A stretch of DNA of 64,000 nt. Origin: Glaucostegus cemiculus. Its lineage: Eukaryota. The notes under the pieces are model-generated. The model saw only the letters and a list, made by a program, of their open reading frames with translations. It ran no database searches and was not told the origin of the DNA. Where the stretch lies: NCBI GenBank assembly GCA_976551045.1, contig CDPCPM010000091.1, positions 1,178,001 through 1,242,000 on the forward strand, written 5' to 3'. Shown here piece after piece: positions 38,282 to 51,664 of this stretch. Both the position numbers and the translations under genes were made by a program. How positions within the stretch are numbered: the stretch's first letter is position 1; each line of letters begins with the position of its first letter.

Positions 38282-38570
38282 TAAGATATCTTTATTAGTC
38301 ACATGTACATCAAAATACACAGTGAAATGCATCTTTTGCATAGTGTTCTGGGGGCAGCCCGCAAGTGTCACCACACTTCCAGTGCCAACATAGCATGCCC
38401 ACAACTTCCTAACCTGTATGTCTTTTGGAATGTGGGAGGAAACCAGAGCACCTGGAGGAAACCCACACAGACACTGGGAGAACAAACAAACTCCTTACAG
38501 ACAATGGCCAAACTTGAAGCCGGGTCACTGGCACTGTAAAGCATTGCACAAACCGCTATACTACCGTTCC
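38282..38570 (-). mobile_element. tRNA-derived V-SINE, same subfamily as 31157-31450
   Basis: Shares tctttattagtcacatgtacatcaaaa...ggggcagcccgcaag...ggaggaaacccacacagacac with that copy. Confidence 0.85.
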
Positions 38571-38720
38571 TGTTTTATATCTGCTGTAAAACACAATCCT
38601 AGCCTTTCTTCATCTAGATTCATTGTGTATGTCCTAACCTTTACGAGTTCCTACTACAGGTAGGGAGCCTTGCTCATTAGCAGAATAGTTGGGAAATTGT
38701 CAGAAAATAATGCTTTTCAC

Positions 38721-39070
38721 AACCATAGAACCATAGAACAATACAGCACAAAACAGGCCCTTCGGCCCACCATGTTGTGCCGTCCATCAAACCTCACACG
38801 ATCTCTTTCCTCCCACACATCCCTCTATCCCACATTCCTCCATATGCCTGTCTAACAATCTCTTGAACCTGTCCAACGTATCTGCCTCCACCACCACCCC
38901 AGGCAGTGCATGCCATGCGCCAACCACTCTCTGGGTGAAAAACTTCCCTCTGACATCTCCCCTGAACTTTCCACCCAATACCTTAAAGCCATGCCCTCTT
39001 GTCTTGAGCATCTGTGCCATGGGAAACAGGCGCTGGCTGTCAACTCTATCTATTTCTCTCAATATTTTAT
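38721..39070 (-). mobile_element. CR1 LINE 3' end, relatively young
   Basis: Open frame YKILREIDRVDSQRLFP..TRGHGFKV..FFTQRVVGAW..LPG.VVEADT..FKRLLDRHM; tail of ggttctat repeats. Confidence 0.9.
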
Positions 39071-39991
39071 ACACACAAGATTGAATTTTATTTGATTTTC
39101 TAATGGAAGCTCATGTTTTGCTGTCATTGAAGGAATTGCTCAATGCTGTTAAATTCAAAGACTATATCATTAAATGATTAATTTTAAAATATAATATCAT
39201 AATAAAGTAAATCTGTGTTACTTTGATAAGAAATAAACAAATACATAATACTGGAAAAAACACTTCTATTTTGGAAAATGTTTTCAGATAAACACCTACC
39301 ATTGAAGTACTTATTATTATACCCAATATCCATCCTAGTTTCATTTTGGCAAAGGAAGTTAATTGAAATATTGAATGGTACAGTTTCATTATATTAGAAC
39401 TGAGGACAATATTTGTTGATCCATTAAAATGAATAAGACAGATAAGGAAATGCAAAACAAACAGGATGTCAGTAGAAGAGCCATAGAGACTAGAATACTA
39501 GACAGTTTAATTTGATTGCCAAGAAATGATGAGTCATTTAAAAAAGGTTTTGCAGGAAAGTTACAGAAAGGTGTATCACCATTCAAAGGTGTGTATATAC
39601 AGATATTACTGCATTATATGATAGTAAATAATATGAGAATAAAAATGGACATTTACAAGAATGAATATAATGAAAAGATGAGGGTCATGTGTAGCAATAG
39701 ATAGCCACCCTTGGCTCTGAAAGCTAATCGTTGCTATGTTAGCATTCTATCAGAGGTTACAAGACTTATTTATCAACAATATGAAGCAACTTTTCTCCAT
39801 ATTCACTTTTACTTAAGCTATTGACCATCACTCATTTGGAGTATGATCAAGGGAATTGAATGGCTTATTTCTATCATGATGACCCTATGCTTTACCTATA
39901 TAAGTTAAACTCAAAAAGCAAACTTCCCTCAGAATCTATTGGTGATGCTACAAGTGTAGGCATGAAGATTCTTGCTTCTGGAGCTAATGAA

Positions 39992-40018
39992 GCTCCATCT
40001 AGTGGTAGAAAGGTGCAG
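39992..40018 (-). promoter_or_regulatory. Candidate CTCF site (CCACTAGATGGAGC with upstream TGCA module)
   Basis: Minus strand reads ctgcacctttctaCCACTAGATGGAGCt, one mismatch from the CCASYAGRKGGCRS core. Confidence 0.55.
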
Positions 40019-40239
40019 CTGGGGGTGTCACTATTTGTGTGTCACAGGCTGATTATACCCATATAAGGACTGCACAGCTAAATTGCATAAATATTGAAGT
40101 TTTAAGATAGTTCTAACCAAATATTGTATGCTGAGTTAGGTAGTTGGAGTATTACTTGTAGTAATCACGAAGATATTTTTACCTGGTCTTTGTTATATAA
40201 AAGCTTGCATTTATATTTTCATATTCAATTATAAGATAG

Positions 40240-40575
40240 AAGGAGGCTTCTTCAAACGATCCAGTCTGTACAGGCTACAGAGCAATTCCTTTCCATGACC
40301 AATTTTCCCTGAAACTTATTCTCTGCACATTGCCATGAAACACTCCCCCCCCCCCCCCCCCCCCACTGCTGCCACACACACACTCGACCACTCATCTACA
40401 CACCATGAACAATTAACAGTGGCCATTGAGATATGGGAGGAAATCAGAGTAACTTGAGGAAACCCACACAGTTACAAGGAGAACATGCAAACTCCATATA
40501 GACAGCACTGGAGGTCAGGATTGAACCTGGGTCACTGGAGTGCGAGGCAGATCTACTAGCTGGTCCACCATTCAG
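40240..40575 (-). mobile_element. Degenerate V-SINE containing a poly-C run near 40344-40364
   Basis: gggaggaaatcagagtaacttgaggaaacccacacag...gcaaactcca...ggattgaacctgggtcactgg. Confidence 0.6.
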
Positions 40576-40579
40576 CCTT

Positions 40580-40990
40580 GCATCTCAGAATGTCCCAACA
40601 CTCTTTATAAGCGATGGAGCACTTATTACTTGTAGTCACTGTTATAATGCAGGGAACATGGCAGCCAAGTTTGCTCCCATGAATAGCAACTATCAGATAT
40701 TCTACTTTAGTGAGGTTTTTGAGGTCCAATTATTGTTCAGGAAGAAGCACCCCCACTCTTCCTGCCACACTTTCAACCATCACCACTTACGACCAACTCT
40801 TCAAAGTAGTGCCATAGAATATTTTACATATAAATGAAGGAAGAGGTGGGGTCTCTGCTTAAAACCCTCAGATGAAATGAAGCACACCTCAGAGTGCAGC
40901 ACTCCTTCCGTCCTCCCCGAGAGCTAGGTTAGGTTTTATGTGCAACTCTCTTGAGTGAGATTTGAACCAATTTTGTCATCTAACCTTAAA
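40580..40990 (-). mobile_element. Deu-domain SINE, degenerate
   Basis: tgtagtcactgttataatgcaggg, tcttcaaagtagtgccat, gcacacctcagagtgcagcactccttc: reverse complement of SacSINE-type sequence. Confidence 0.65.
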
Positions 40991-42929
40991 ATGAACTCAT
41001 CCAAGCATGAGGCAGCATGTCTCCAGCTGTAATGAAATAATTTGCTATTTAGCAAAGAATAAAGTACACATCCTCAAAATGGGGGGCATCAAGCAGTTTC
41101 AGGTGTGCTCTGAAAATGCACTTGAGCTACCTGCAGAACATACTGGCATCATTACCCATTGTCAAGAGTTTGGTGTATTTGCTGAAAATTGAAAAAGATT
41201 TGGAGGAAATATTGTGGTTAGAGCTTATTAATACTTCCAACATAAACTGAGGTCTTCTCAAGTAAGTTGGACTAAACAACACTTCATCTACACTTCAAGC
41301 ATGTCACTTCTACAACGTACATTCTCTTCCAATTGTCAAGTAATTGGGTGCAGTGAATGAGATATTTTTTCTATGACTACACAAAGTGACTTGAATGGTT
41401 GTCTGCATCTAGACATCTTTCTATTGTACTTGCATCAGGAAAACATGAATTTCAAGGCTTTGCAAATCTAATTAAGGGAATTAAGACCAAATAAATCCTT
41501 GCAGGAGACCAGAAGAACACAAAGTCTCAATATGATTTGAGCTGAAAAATTAAAGTAAATATAAATGGCTAGTTGCTGGATGTGGCTCAGATTCCATTTC
41601 TGAGCATTTTGTGGTCCCTTCTACACTGAAGGGATGAAATAAAGATTGGTTGACCACTTAATGAAACACCTTCCTCAGTAGACAAATGTGACCCTCATCT
41701 TACAGTTGCCTATCACTGTAATTCATTGCTACATTTCCTCTGACCTCTCACTTAAACTGTTCGAATGAAATTCAATGAAAGCACACGGTATTGTACCTTA
41801 TTTTTAGGTATTTAACTGCTAAATCAAATTCAATAAATACCAGTATGATCTTAATGGGAATCTTAACAGTCAACAATTAATTTTAATTGTAGTTAAGACT
41901 GGAATTTAGTTTACAAGGACTTTGATTTATCTATTTCACTTCAACTGATGCTTAAAAATACTGTATGCAGTTATTTTTCAGCATACTTTTTGAATTAAAA
42001 AAATAACAATTTTGAATAAAGGAACAAGTATTTACTGTTGTAATCAAAACATGTTGATATGTTCCTGTTTTAACTACAGACAAATTTTGATTTAAAACCA
42101 TTGTCCCCAGCTCATGGGCTTCATGGAATTTAATTTGATTTTATGCATGTTTTGGAAATCATTTCTTTAGCTTAGAGATATTGTTAACTGGCTGTCAGAA
42201 TAGAAATCATCTATTGTTTAAGGATCTTTGAGTTGTATTATATGTGCACTTACTTGGGATATTCAGCTCTGGGTAAAATTTTTATATAGTAATATATAGT
42301 TTGATATTACCTCCAAAGCTATTGTCTAACACAACCTAATAATGCAATTCCATCAATCAGCACTGATATTTTCACTCCCCCATCTTGTGTGGGTGGAAAG
42401 AAAATTATTGTTAAGCTGTCTGTGCTCATATGTCACATCACTGAATAACCTGCATATTAATTACCTTAAAATGTGATTCCGTGCAGCCATTGAACTGCAA
42501 AAGTCTAACATTCATCTTGGCGGTGTTTACTTTTTATGACTGATTTTTACCTTAAATAATATCTTTTAGTGAGCAAATCAATTGTTTTTGATGCAAAGTT
42601 ACCAACTGGGATTATTACTGATTTATTGCCTGAGGCTGATTGTGGATATGATTGAGAGAAAAATAGTTCAATTCTTCTATTCAGCAGGATAATAAGGAAA
42701 GTGCATGATTGATTTAAATCACAATGGAAGATTCAACATTAGCATGTTTTGAATAAGTAACTCCCTCTGAATTATAAAGACAGAAAATTCTGGGAATGTT
42801 TAACATGTCACACAACATGTTTTAGACTCAGAACTATTAAAGATTCACCTAACTTTTTGTGCTATGTTCTTTGGACAATTAATGATTATATTAATTTATG
42901 TTTGTTTTATTTCAATATTCACTTTCAAA

Positions 42930-43545
42930 AAGCAATCTATTCCATTGCACTTCCAGCTCGACTTTTTATTCTACGATGCCTCCTTTTTCTTCAACTGAGG
43001 CTTCATCATCATCACGTTTGTCCTATTTCCCACATTTCTGTTCTCAAACCTTTTAGAGGCCCAACAATTGCAAAGTGGTTCCACTCTCAGCAGCCTCCAC
43101 ATTTAACAGGTCACTTCCACCAGTTCCATCTCCAGCATAATGTCATCACTAAATGCATCTCCTCCTCATTGGCTGTTCTTTGACCCTGTTGTCAGCCCCT
43201 CCCCATTGCCAAATTTTGTATTTTTCCCTTTCCTGCCATTCATTCCTTCCAGGTGAAAGATCAAGTTATTTGTGCAGCTCAAGATGTGCTCTCTTCTATA
43301 CTGGGTATTGATATGTTGTATTGAATGCAGTTCGTGTGATCATTTTGTGTAATATCTCCACTCGGTACAGGAGTGTGACTCTGTGTTTTTGGTTGCTGTC
43401 ATTGTATTTCCTCTCTTTCTCCCCTCCGATCTCTCACTGTTTTAATGAAACTCAGTGGAAGCTTAAGAAGCCACATCTCATCATTTAATTAGATACCCTA
43501 CAGCATCCAGGCTGAACATTAAGTACATTTTAGATCACAGCCATC
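42930..43545 (+). mobile_element. Degenerate Penelope-like element, GIY-YIG endonuclease region
   Basis: ccttccaggtga, ctcttctatactggg (LLYxG), gtgatcattttg, aagcttaagaagccacatctcatc and accctacagc parallel the copy at 63390-63990. Confidence 0.55.
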
Positions 43546-43584
43546 AGTACTATTTTTTAGTAAGGCTACAGCTTTTTTAAAAGT

Positions 43585-44480
43585 ATTTATGGGATGTGGG
43601 TCTCACTTGGAAGTGCAGCATTTATTGGTTGTCCGTACTGCTCTTGAGAAGCTGTCTTGAACTAGTGCACTTCATCTTGTGAGAGTACTCGTACAGCATT
43701 GATTGGTCGGGAGTCTTAGGATTTAGACGAAGTAACAGTGATTCTATTGCCGAGTCAGGATGATGTACCATTTGGGGGGAACTGGCAGACCATGGCATGA
43801 ATGTGCACCTATCGCCCTTGTCCTTCTAGGTCTCAGGTCTGGGAAGTGCTGAATGAAGCAACTTTGATGAATTGCTATGGGACATTTTTTTTTTGTAAGC
43901 TGTGTGCTTATGGTGGTATGAGGGATGGTTTTGGTTGATGGACAGGATATCCTGGATGTGGTTGAGCTTCTTAAGTTTTGCCAGAGCTTCATTCAACTTT
44001 GCAATTGGAGAATATTCCACTTGTATCTTATCTATGGTGACAAGCCTTTTAATTTCAGGACATGAATCATTCACTGCAGGAATCCCAATTTCTGACCTAT
44101 CTTTGTAGTCATGGTGGCTGTCCAATTAAGTTTCTGGCCCATGGTGATCCCTAGAATGTTGACAATAGTATTGCTATGAAGTGTCAAGGGGAAGTGATAA
44201 TCTGTCTTTTTGGAGATGATCATTGTCCAGCATTTATTTGGAACAAATGTTCCTTGCTGAGACTTCATGGGACGTGAAGCCAATGTTGAGAGCTCCTCTG
44301 GTAGGTCTGTCCTGTGGTAGGAGTGGCCAACACCCAGAGATTATATGAGAGGAATCTGGGATGATGGCTTTGAATCTGATTTGCTGGACTAGTCTGTGCG
44401 ACAGGTCTCCCAATTTAGACACCACTTCCAAGATGCTTGTGAGGACTTTGCACGGTCAACAGACCTGGGAGTGTCTTTGT
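43585..44480 (-). mobile_element. Degenerate CR1/L2-group LINE 3' part
   Basis: Minus-strand fragments NILGITMGQKLNW and QVEYSPIA..LKKLNHIQD are typical of a LINE ORF2 C-terminus. Confidence 0.6.
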
Positions 44481-45241
44481 TTCTTAGTTTGCTCAGAATT
44501 TTTTTTTTGACACTGCTGAATTGCTTACTTTATGGACGTTATTGTAGATTGGATTCCGCCCCCCCCCCCCCACCCCAAAGAGATCTGATTCTTTAACTAA
44601 CAGAACTTTAATCCCACCACATCAGCTGTGGAATTTCACCTTTCATCTCCAAATCATCTGTGCAGGCTTCTGTTTCACTAGTTCAGTAAATTAACTGCCA
44701 TACCACTGTCCTCTACATTAGTATTGGCTCGTCTCTTGCTGTTTACACCTCCTGCAGAACTATCTTTTGCTTATCTGATACATTGTCACTTGTGCTTCAC
44801 CCTGTCATTGCTTTTGTCCTGTTAATTTCTCCTGCCTTTCACCCCCACACACACATCACTCTATTTGCTTTAAACCTGCAACACCTCCAACTTTTTCCAA
44901 TTCTGATCTATGGCACTCTACCTGAAAAGTTAAAGGAAAAAGTAAGCAGTGTCTCTCTCCACAGCTGTCTGGTTGTTAAGGACATTCAACATTTCTGCTT
45001 TTATTTGCTATTTCCATTAGCCAATGTATTTTAGTTTCCAAATTTTCAGAATTTTTAAATTTTCATGTACAGAAGTACAAGATGTGTTAGTTTACATGAT
45101 TCTTTATATTTAAATCAGTAAAAATACCTCCTGTGAAATTAACACTTCTGTTAAGCTTTACCGCAATTACCCAGGAAATTAAAGAAGCTATAATTGGAAT
45201 ACTCTGAACAATTTTGGTTCATTTATTTAAGGAAGTATGTG

Positions 45242-45566
45242 TAGTAAAATCTTGATAATCTGCCATCTGACTATTCAGGAATCCCAATGGTTCAGCATCC
45301 AACTCACCAGGTGATGCTCCCAGGCTTCTTTTCCACTCACTGGGACACTGGATCCTGTGATCCCTTCCCATGCTCTGGCTCCAGTTTCCATGCTCCCATT
45401 AAAATTAACTGGTTAATGGGAAAATTTATTTAATATCATGTAACATTTAAAAAAAATTACAAGTATGTTGGGGAATTAATAGAAATACTATCCAATGATC
45501 CAGAAAACCTGCCAGTCCAGCACCACTAGAGCATCGAGCACACCAGGTTACTGAAGCTTCATTGTA
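45242..45566. mobile_element. Possible old Tigger/pogo-type MITE
   Basis: Diverged termini tagtaaaatcttgataatc ... ggttactgaagcttcattg followed by TA. Confidence 0.35.
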
Positions 45567-45739
45567 CTTGGTTTGGAGGGAGTAACATGAAGGTTCTTTT
45601 TACTGATTTTTGGGATTATGGGATTGCCGTACGAGTGGAGATTGAGGAGACTTTGCTTCCAGGAGGTCCCATTCCCACTCTCAATTTTTTGTAAACCACC
45701 TTCTCTCTCTCTCTCATGCCCATTGACTGCTCTTTGATT

Positions 45740-45920
45740 CTATTTGCCACTAATCCATGCTATGGGGTCTTTACAGAAGCCAATTCACCTAACACATTTC
45801 TTTGGGATGTGGGAGGAAACTGAAGCACCTGGGGTAAACCTACATGGTCTTGGGGAGAATGTGAAAACTGCACATAGACAGCACCCAAGGTCAGTTGAAA
45901 CCCAAATCCCTGGAGCTGCA
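45740..45920 (-). mobile_element. Degenerate V-SINE
   Basis: tctttgggatgtgggaggaaactgaagcacctggggtaaacc. Confidence 0.6.
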
Positions 45921-47621
45921 CCAATCCATTCAAGGCAAAGATTGATAGATATCTGGATATTAGGTGATTAAGAGATTACAGCTGGAGTCGAGGGAAAAAT
46001 AGTGAAGCAGGTTTGAAGGACTGAACTTCTAACTATTTTTATATTGTTACATAGCTAAGTTTAATGTATGCTGTATTTAACAGGTAAAAGTTGATGTATA
46101 AAGTTTTAAATTAGCATAGTTCAATGCAGTTTGATTATAAATAAGAAAATACATTTGTCATAAAGCATCAAATGTTCCCCACACATGCAATCACAGAACT
46201 GAAAATGTAGCTTGTGACCAAAAATAAATCTACTCCAAATGACTTTGCACACTTGTGACAAAACAATTTACCATTTGCACAGAAGGGTTTTGACTTTATT
46301 GCTGGTGCAAAACTGTTCTTCTAGAAAGAAGTCTATACATTTATATAAGGGCATGTCTATCTTAAGAAATGCAAAGCTTTGCTACACCACCCTAAAGTAA
46401 ATTGGGAATATTTTATAAATCTTCAGAAATGCATAAACACAAGGAACAAGTAAATACAAAAGGTTTAACTTTCTTTGGTTTTACTTGGTAATATGCCAAT
46501 CCTGAGAAAGTAACAAGATTAATTCCATGCTGTCAACAGAGCTGGGTTTAATGACACCAAATTATTTTATAGTCCAGACTTTAAAATAATGTCTATCATT
46601 ATAAAGTCTTATCAGAACTCCAAATGGTTTTGTTTTTACTCATCAATTAAGTTCTGTAAATTTAGAAACTCTATATTAATATGACTTATTTAAATCATAC
46701 ATTTATGACTTCCTTTTTCATCCAATTCATCTGGTATTTTGATGGAAGCTTCAATAGATATAAATTAAAAATGCATACTTCTGCAGCTGTAAACTTTTTA
46801 ACCACATTCACTTTATATGGCACTTTAGTACTCTGCTTCTAAGTCACATCTGTTTGTATTTTAAAAATAAAATTACACTGATTGTGACTGTGAGATGCCA
46901 CAAAGGCTTCTCACTGCTGCAACTAATTTTTACTGATGATTAGTAAAATATTGAAGCTGAGCCAAGACTTGCACAAAGCTCTTTCATGTATTTGATAAAA
47001 CTTCAGTTACATAAATTTCCCTTGTGGTTTTACCTGAATACTATCACTATATAAAGTGTTTTAACAAGAAACTTTCAGTTACAATTTGCAGAATAACCAT
47101 ATATATATTTAAAATATTATTGAAAGCAAAAAATTCTTTAATTGAAATATTATGCTTAGCAAAGTAAGTGAGATTAATGTTTGTGAATTCAGCATTTTCT
47201 CATTTCAGGAAAGGTTTCCATAATAAAACATTCTTAGGTCTGGTGCAGTACAGCAAGGCGCGGAATAAAGCTTCCTTGATTTTTCCCAAAATGAGTCATA
47301 ATTGCAACTGCAAAAGATCAATCACTATTTCCATATCTGGATTAACTTTCTTTGTCACAGATATAATACTGTTAGTTTCAATGCCAAATAATGCAAGCTG
47401 GGAATTTTCCAAGAGTAGGCCTCTCCCAACTGAATTTAGACTGCTCTAAGTCATGTCAAGATTTTCAAACTCATGTTGACGGAGATAGGTGTTCTCTTTA
47501 TTAACTCGTTATATCAATATTAAAATTTACTCAGCTATTCGATGGGTCAAACCTAACCATCAATTTGTTTTTAATTCTTTATTTACCTGGAGTGACATTT
47601 CTAAGAGTTACCTGTTTTTAT

Positions 47622-47878
47622 TTAAACTCTGAAGGGAAGGTCCACTTTTGAAATGGTTTCTTGACGAGTGCTGGAGAATTGTAATGGTTGTTTAAATGAG
47701 ATTCCTTTCATTTGACAATTATTGTCCTGTTTACTACAAAAATAGAGGCACACATCTATTGATAACACGAGTTCATCTGTCTGTAGTCGAGCAGGAACCA
47801 CAAAGATGACTTCAGGTTCATTTTCAAGATTAGCAATTTCCCCAGTTATCTTCTGGCCCACAAAGAGCCACTCGTGCC
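47622..47878 (-). CDS. NHLRC2: NHL repeat-containing protein 2, last coding exon ((G)HEWLFVGQK...VDLPFRV*)
   Basis: Acceptor tttacag; phase joins the upstream exon as GAA G/GG; matches recalled human GNEWLLQGQ..LYYCS..CMMKAILFSQPLQ. Confidence 0.88.
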
Positions 47879-48523
47879 CTGTAAATTTTTTAAAAAGCAT
47901 AAATAGAAATTAAAGGTGATGTAGGATTACAAGGTCACACTTAAAGATGATATATAATTTAACCAATATTATAAGATGGGCCAAAATATTCATAATAAAA
48001 GTTATTCCTCAATTAATCACTACTGTGCCCCAATCAAGACCAGACTCCAAAATGTGCACTAAGTTCTAAAGGCAACACATTCTAGGATACTAAAGTCTCT
48101 TTCATTCCCTTGGTTTATTCATTTTCTACCTTCAATTTTTTTTTTACATTAGTTCCATTTGTTCAAGGCCGTAGTGTTGAACTGCAGCACTGCAAAATGA
48201 AAATCTAAACCAGGATTACAGAATTTTGTTTTAAACGGAAGAGTATTAACAGGTGATTGCAGCTTGAAAATGGAACTGATAATCAATAAAAACATGATTT
48301 GGGCTGGATCTGTGGAAATCAATAAATTGATTATATATTGCAGATAGATGTTTGTGTCAGAACTGACCAGGTTATAGGTTAGTTAGGTTATCCATCTCAT
48401 CTTTTCTCTTTTCATAAACACTGCCTGATCTTCAGGGTATTTCCAGAATTTCTTTTTTTTTGGTTTCAGATTTCAGCAGGAACTCTGAACTGCACTTTAT
48501 GGCTTCACATGACACTTTGCCTA

Positions 48524-48572
48524 TTCTCTCTCTCTGTCTCTCTCTCTGTCTCTCTCTCTCTCACTCACTCAC
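48524..48572. repeat. (CT)n/(CACT)n microsatellite
   Basis: Read directly from the sequence. Confidence 0.8.
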
Positions 48573-48659
48573 AAACTGCCTTTATTAAATCTGTTAACCA
48601 GATGACTCTGGTAGCTATAGGGTAACCTTGGCCTTGCGCTAACAGAAATATTTCCTATG

Positions 48660-48830
48660 TATTATTCACCCTCTCCCTTCTCTGCAACTTAAGACCCTCT
48701 TTGCCAGTTCTGATGAACAACCTCTGACTTGAAATATTAGCTCTGTTTCTCTTTCCACAGATACTGCCTGACCTGCTGCGTTTTACTGTTCTATTTTTAT
48801 TTCAAATTTTCATCATATGCAGTTATTTTG
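48660..48830 (+). mobile_element. Old Penelope-derived terminal arm
   Basis: ccagttctgatgaac...tgaaatattagc...cagatactgcctgacctgctg. Confidence 0.55.
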
Positions 48831-49472
48831 GTTTACAAAGAATAATGTTTCACTTTCCCAAGAAAAACTTACTGCCATTTGTGGTACTCTATAGAATCCA
48901 AGGTATTTCTGGACATTTTGAGAACACTTGATAATTGGGGTAGATATTTTGGTACCACGAAATACTAAGTGCTAATGTTGATATGGATAACACTGCTGTG
49001 GGAGAACCCAATTCCTCCCTTTCATAAAGAAAGTGTGTAGAAACCTACTTCAGTCACTTGAAATAGAATGGTTCTGATAATGGAGACAATTTTGTTCCAA
49101 CGAGGGATAAAATGCTTCTGCTTATGTCAGGCTTGCATACCAGTACTAAATACAGACATTATTTTATTTTTGCAAAATACTTGAAAGGAGACAAAAATAG
49201 ATGAGTTTTACTAATTTTTGTCAAAGCAAATAATAAGCTCATTCTCTTAAGGGGCTTACAAACCGTCCTGAAATTTTAGACAGAAATTATGTATCTAATT
49301 ACATCCTTACAATCCATTATGCCTCAAGATTATCAAATTCACTATTTCACATTGTAACAAATAGCCATATTTGGTATATTTAGGATTGCTTATTTGCAAA
49401 ATGATTGTTGTAGTTTGATTGTGTGGTTCAAATGATTATGACAAACTACAATAACAACATTTAAAACATTAC

Positions 49473-49683
49473 CTTCTGCCCAGAGAGCCCAAAAACTTGG
49501 TGCGCCCTCTGTGAGTTTTGCTCCTTCTGGAAGTTCAATTTTCAGACGAAACTGCAGTGTCTGACCTGGTCTAACAACTAACGGAGACTTTTGCACTGAA
49601 GTGGCAGATTTTGGCAACCTAGAACCTTTCTTTGGTTTTATAGGTAGAGAAGAATCTACTGCATCAGGACAAGTGATTGGCAG
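49473..49683 (-). CDS. NHLRC2: NHLRC2 penultimate exon (LPITCPDAVDSS...LPKSA...GQTLQF...KLTEGAPSFWALWAE/G), 211 nt
   Basis: Acceptor ttcttctctag, donor G/gtaatg; homologous to recalled human LPKSAP..GQTLQFKL..KLTEG. Confidence 0.9.
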
Positions 49684-49859
49684 CTAGAGAAGAATGAAAA
49701 ATAATAAAAATTACAACCACCACAATGACCTCACGTGAGTTTCTAATCTAATTTTTAAGGTAATTTAACTTTAAATTCAGCACTCAGTTGTTTGTGTAGA
49801 AAGCTGATTTATGGTGTGCCAAAGGTTTTGATATTGATAGAATTGTGAAAGTCTGGACC

Positions 49860-50820
49860 AGAAGGGCTCAGTGAGGTAAGGTGTGTGGGGAGAGAGGTGG
49901 GTGTTGGTGAATTAAATGTGAAAAGAACATACAGAAGGGATTAAGAGCTGTATGCAGGATTGGAAACTGGAAATTTTCATACCCTGGACTGGGAATCAGT
50001 GGTTAGAAGAAATAGTATAATCTGGTTTATGATCATGGGCTGTACCAAGTCTGGGTTTGGATAGAGGGAGTGTGTTGGGACATATGTATCGCTGCATGAT
50101 GAATGATGAAACACATCCACGTTTAGAATCTTGACAGTGTGGGGAAAGGAAGCAAAATTCCAGAGGTAAATAACGTCACTGAGCAAATACTTTGGTCTCT
50201 TGGCTGAAGCAGTAAACGACCAGAAGCAATGGCATGGCATTGCTGTGGTGAAACTGGATATGATATTTTAAGGAGAATCAATGTTGGCCACTTTTCGCCT
50301 CCAGTGAAACTAGAAGACTGGAACCACGACTTTTAAGGCCAGGTGGCTAAGGGCTCTGCAAATTCCTTCTCTAACAGAGGACTGACACCAGGTTTGTGTA
50401 AGGTCAGGAGTTAGTGATCTAAAGTGAGGAGAGAGTGACAAGTTGGGAGGTGGCTTTAGGGCAGGCTGGAGGATTGAAGAATACAAGGTGAGCACAGAGT
50501 TAGACTTGGAATGACTAGGGGTGCATCTAAGGAATTAGCTGCATGCTTTTGCTGACTATGCAGAGCATCTAAGGGAGAAGAAAGCAAATTGAAATCACAA
50601 GTCATCAAGAGGAGAGAGACAATTCCAGCAGAAGATAGACATTCCATGGACAAGTCAAAATATTTTTTTGGAAATTATTTAAGCCCTTTAAAATCTTTGT
50701 GTTACAAGTGATATACCTGTACAGATCAGCAAGCTGAAGAGTGTCAGGATTTGCATTAGCATCAAGATTTGAAAGAAGGCTACATGCCCAGAGTGTGATG
50801 GATGCAAGATGCAAACTAGA
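49860..50820 (-). mobile_element. Very degenerate LINE (L2-like) fragment in an NHLRC2 intron
   Basis: Purine-rich + strand with no intact ORF; weak similarity only. Confidence 0.35.
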
Positions 50821-51454
50821 TATTCTATATAAATTATTTAAAAAGCTGCTTCAGACAGAGACAGCTACATCACTAGAGTGAAAGGCAAAGTATTTACCAC
50901 TAACCAATGAAATGCAAAAGGTAAAGCTTCTTTCTTGGATCATTGAAAAATATTGGCAGTTTCTCATTGCTTAACAGTGAATGTAAAACTCTGGATAACT
51001 CGTAACTTTTTTAAACAATTATTTTGTTTTATTTTCTCGACAGCTCTACTAGAAAAAGCAGAAATCATGAACTGCAGATTACAGCCAATCTATAGTAACA
51101 AAGGGCTAAATTTGATAATGAATAATTACTTTGTAAAATTCAAAAGCACAGATTGGATCTTATACAAAGAATAATAAAAAAGTCCATGTACACGGTAAAA
51201 CAAGGTAATATATTACACTGTATTCAGAACACTCCCTTTCCCATTAGAATTTTTTCACAATAGGGTATCTTGGAAGAGTGGTTATTGGATCATCCTTTCC
51301 TCTACATGCAGGATGCATCTTAGCTGTGTCATTTTGAGCCTACCACATCCTCAAAACATCCTTTGCCTACAAAAGACATTTCTGTATTTGAAACAAGATA
51401 TAAAGTAATTTGTGTTAGAAACTTGACTTGCCTCTGGTGAAAAATGTAACTTAC

Positions 51455-51664
51455 CACAGAGACTGTCTTCATTTCCAAATCTAGCACTTTAACTTGGTGA
51501 TTGTTGGTATCAGCTACATAGAGGACATTCCCATTTTCACCAACACACACATCTCCTGGCTCATTAAAAGTAGCTTGGTTGAAGTCAGGACCAACTACAT
51601 TGCTGGCTTTACCAGTTCCTGCTAGTGTAGTACATTGCTTTGTTTTTGGATCTATTACTTTGAT
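51455..51664 (-). CDS. NHLRC2: NHLRC2 exon ([18 protein letters not shown]...FNEPG...[23 protein letters not shown]), 210 nt
   Basis: Acceptor ttttgtattcag, donor gtaagt; NHL repeat LYVADTNNH. Confidence 0.93.

Noticed and set aside
40344-40364. Poly-C run (also poly-G near 830-841 and poly-C near 44559-44571) as a functional G-quadruplex
   Set aside because: These are homopolymers inside decayed repeats, and their lengths are prone to sequencing error.
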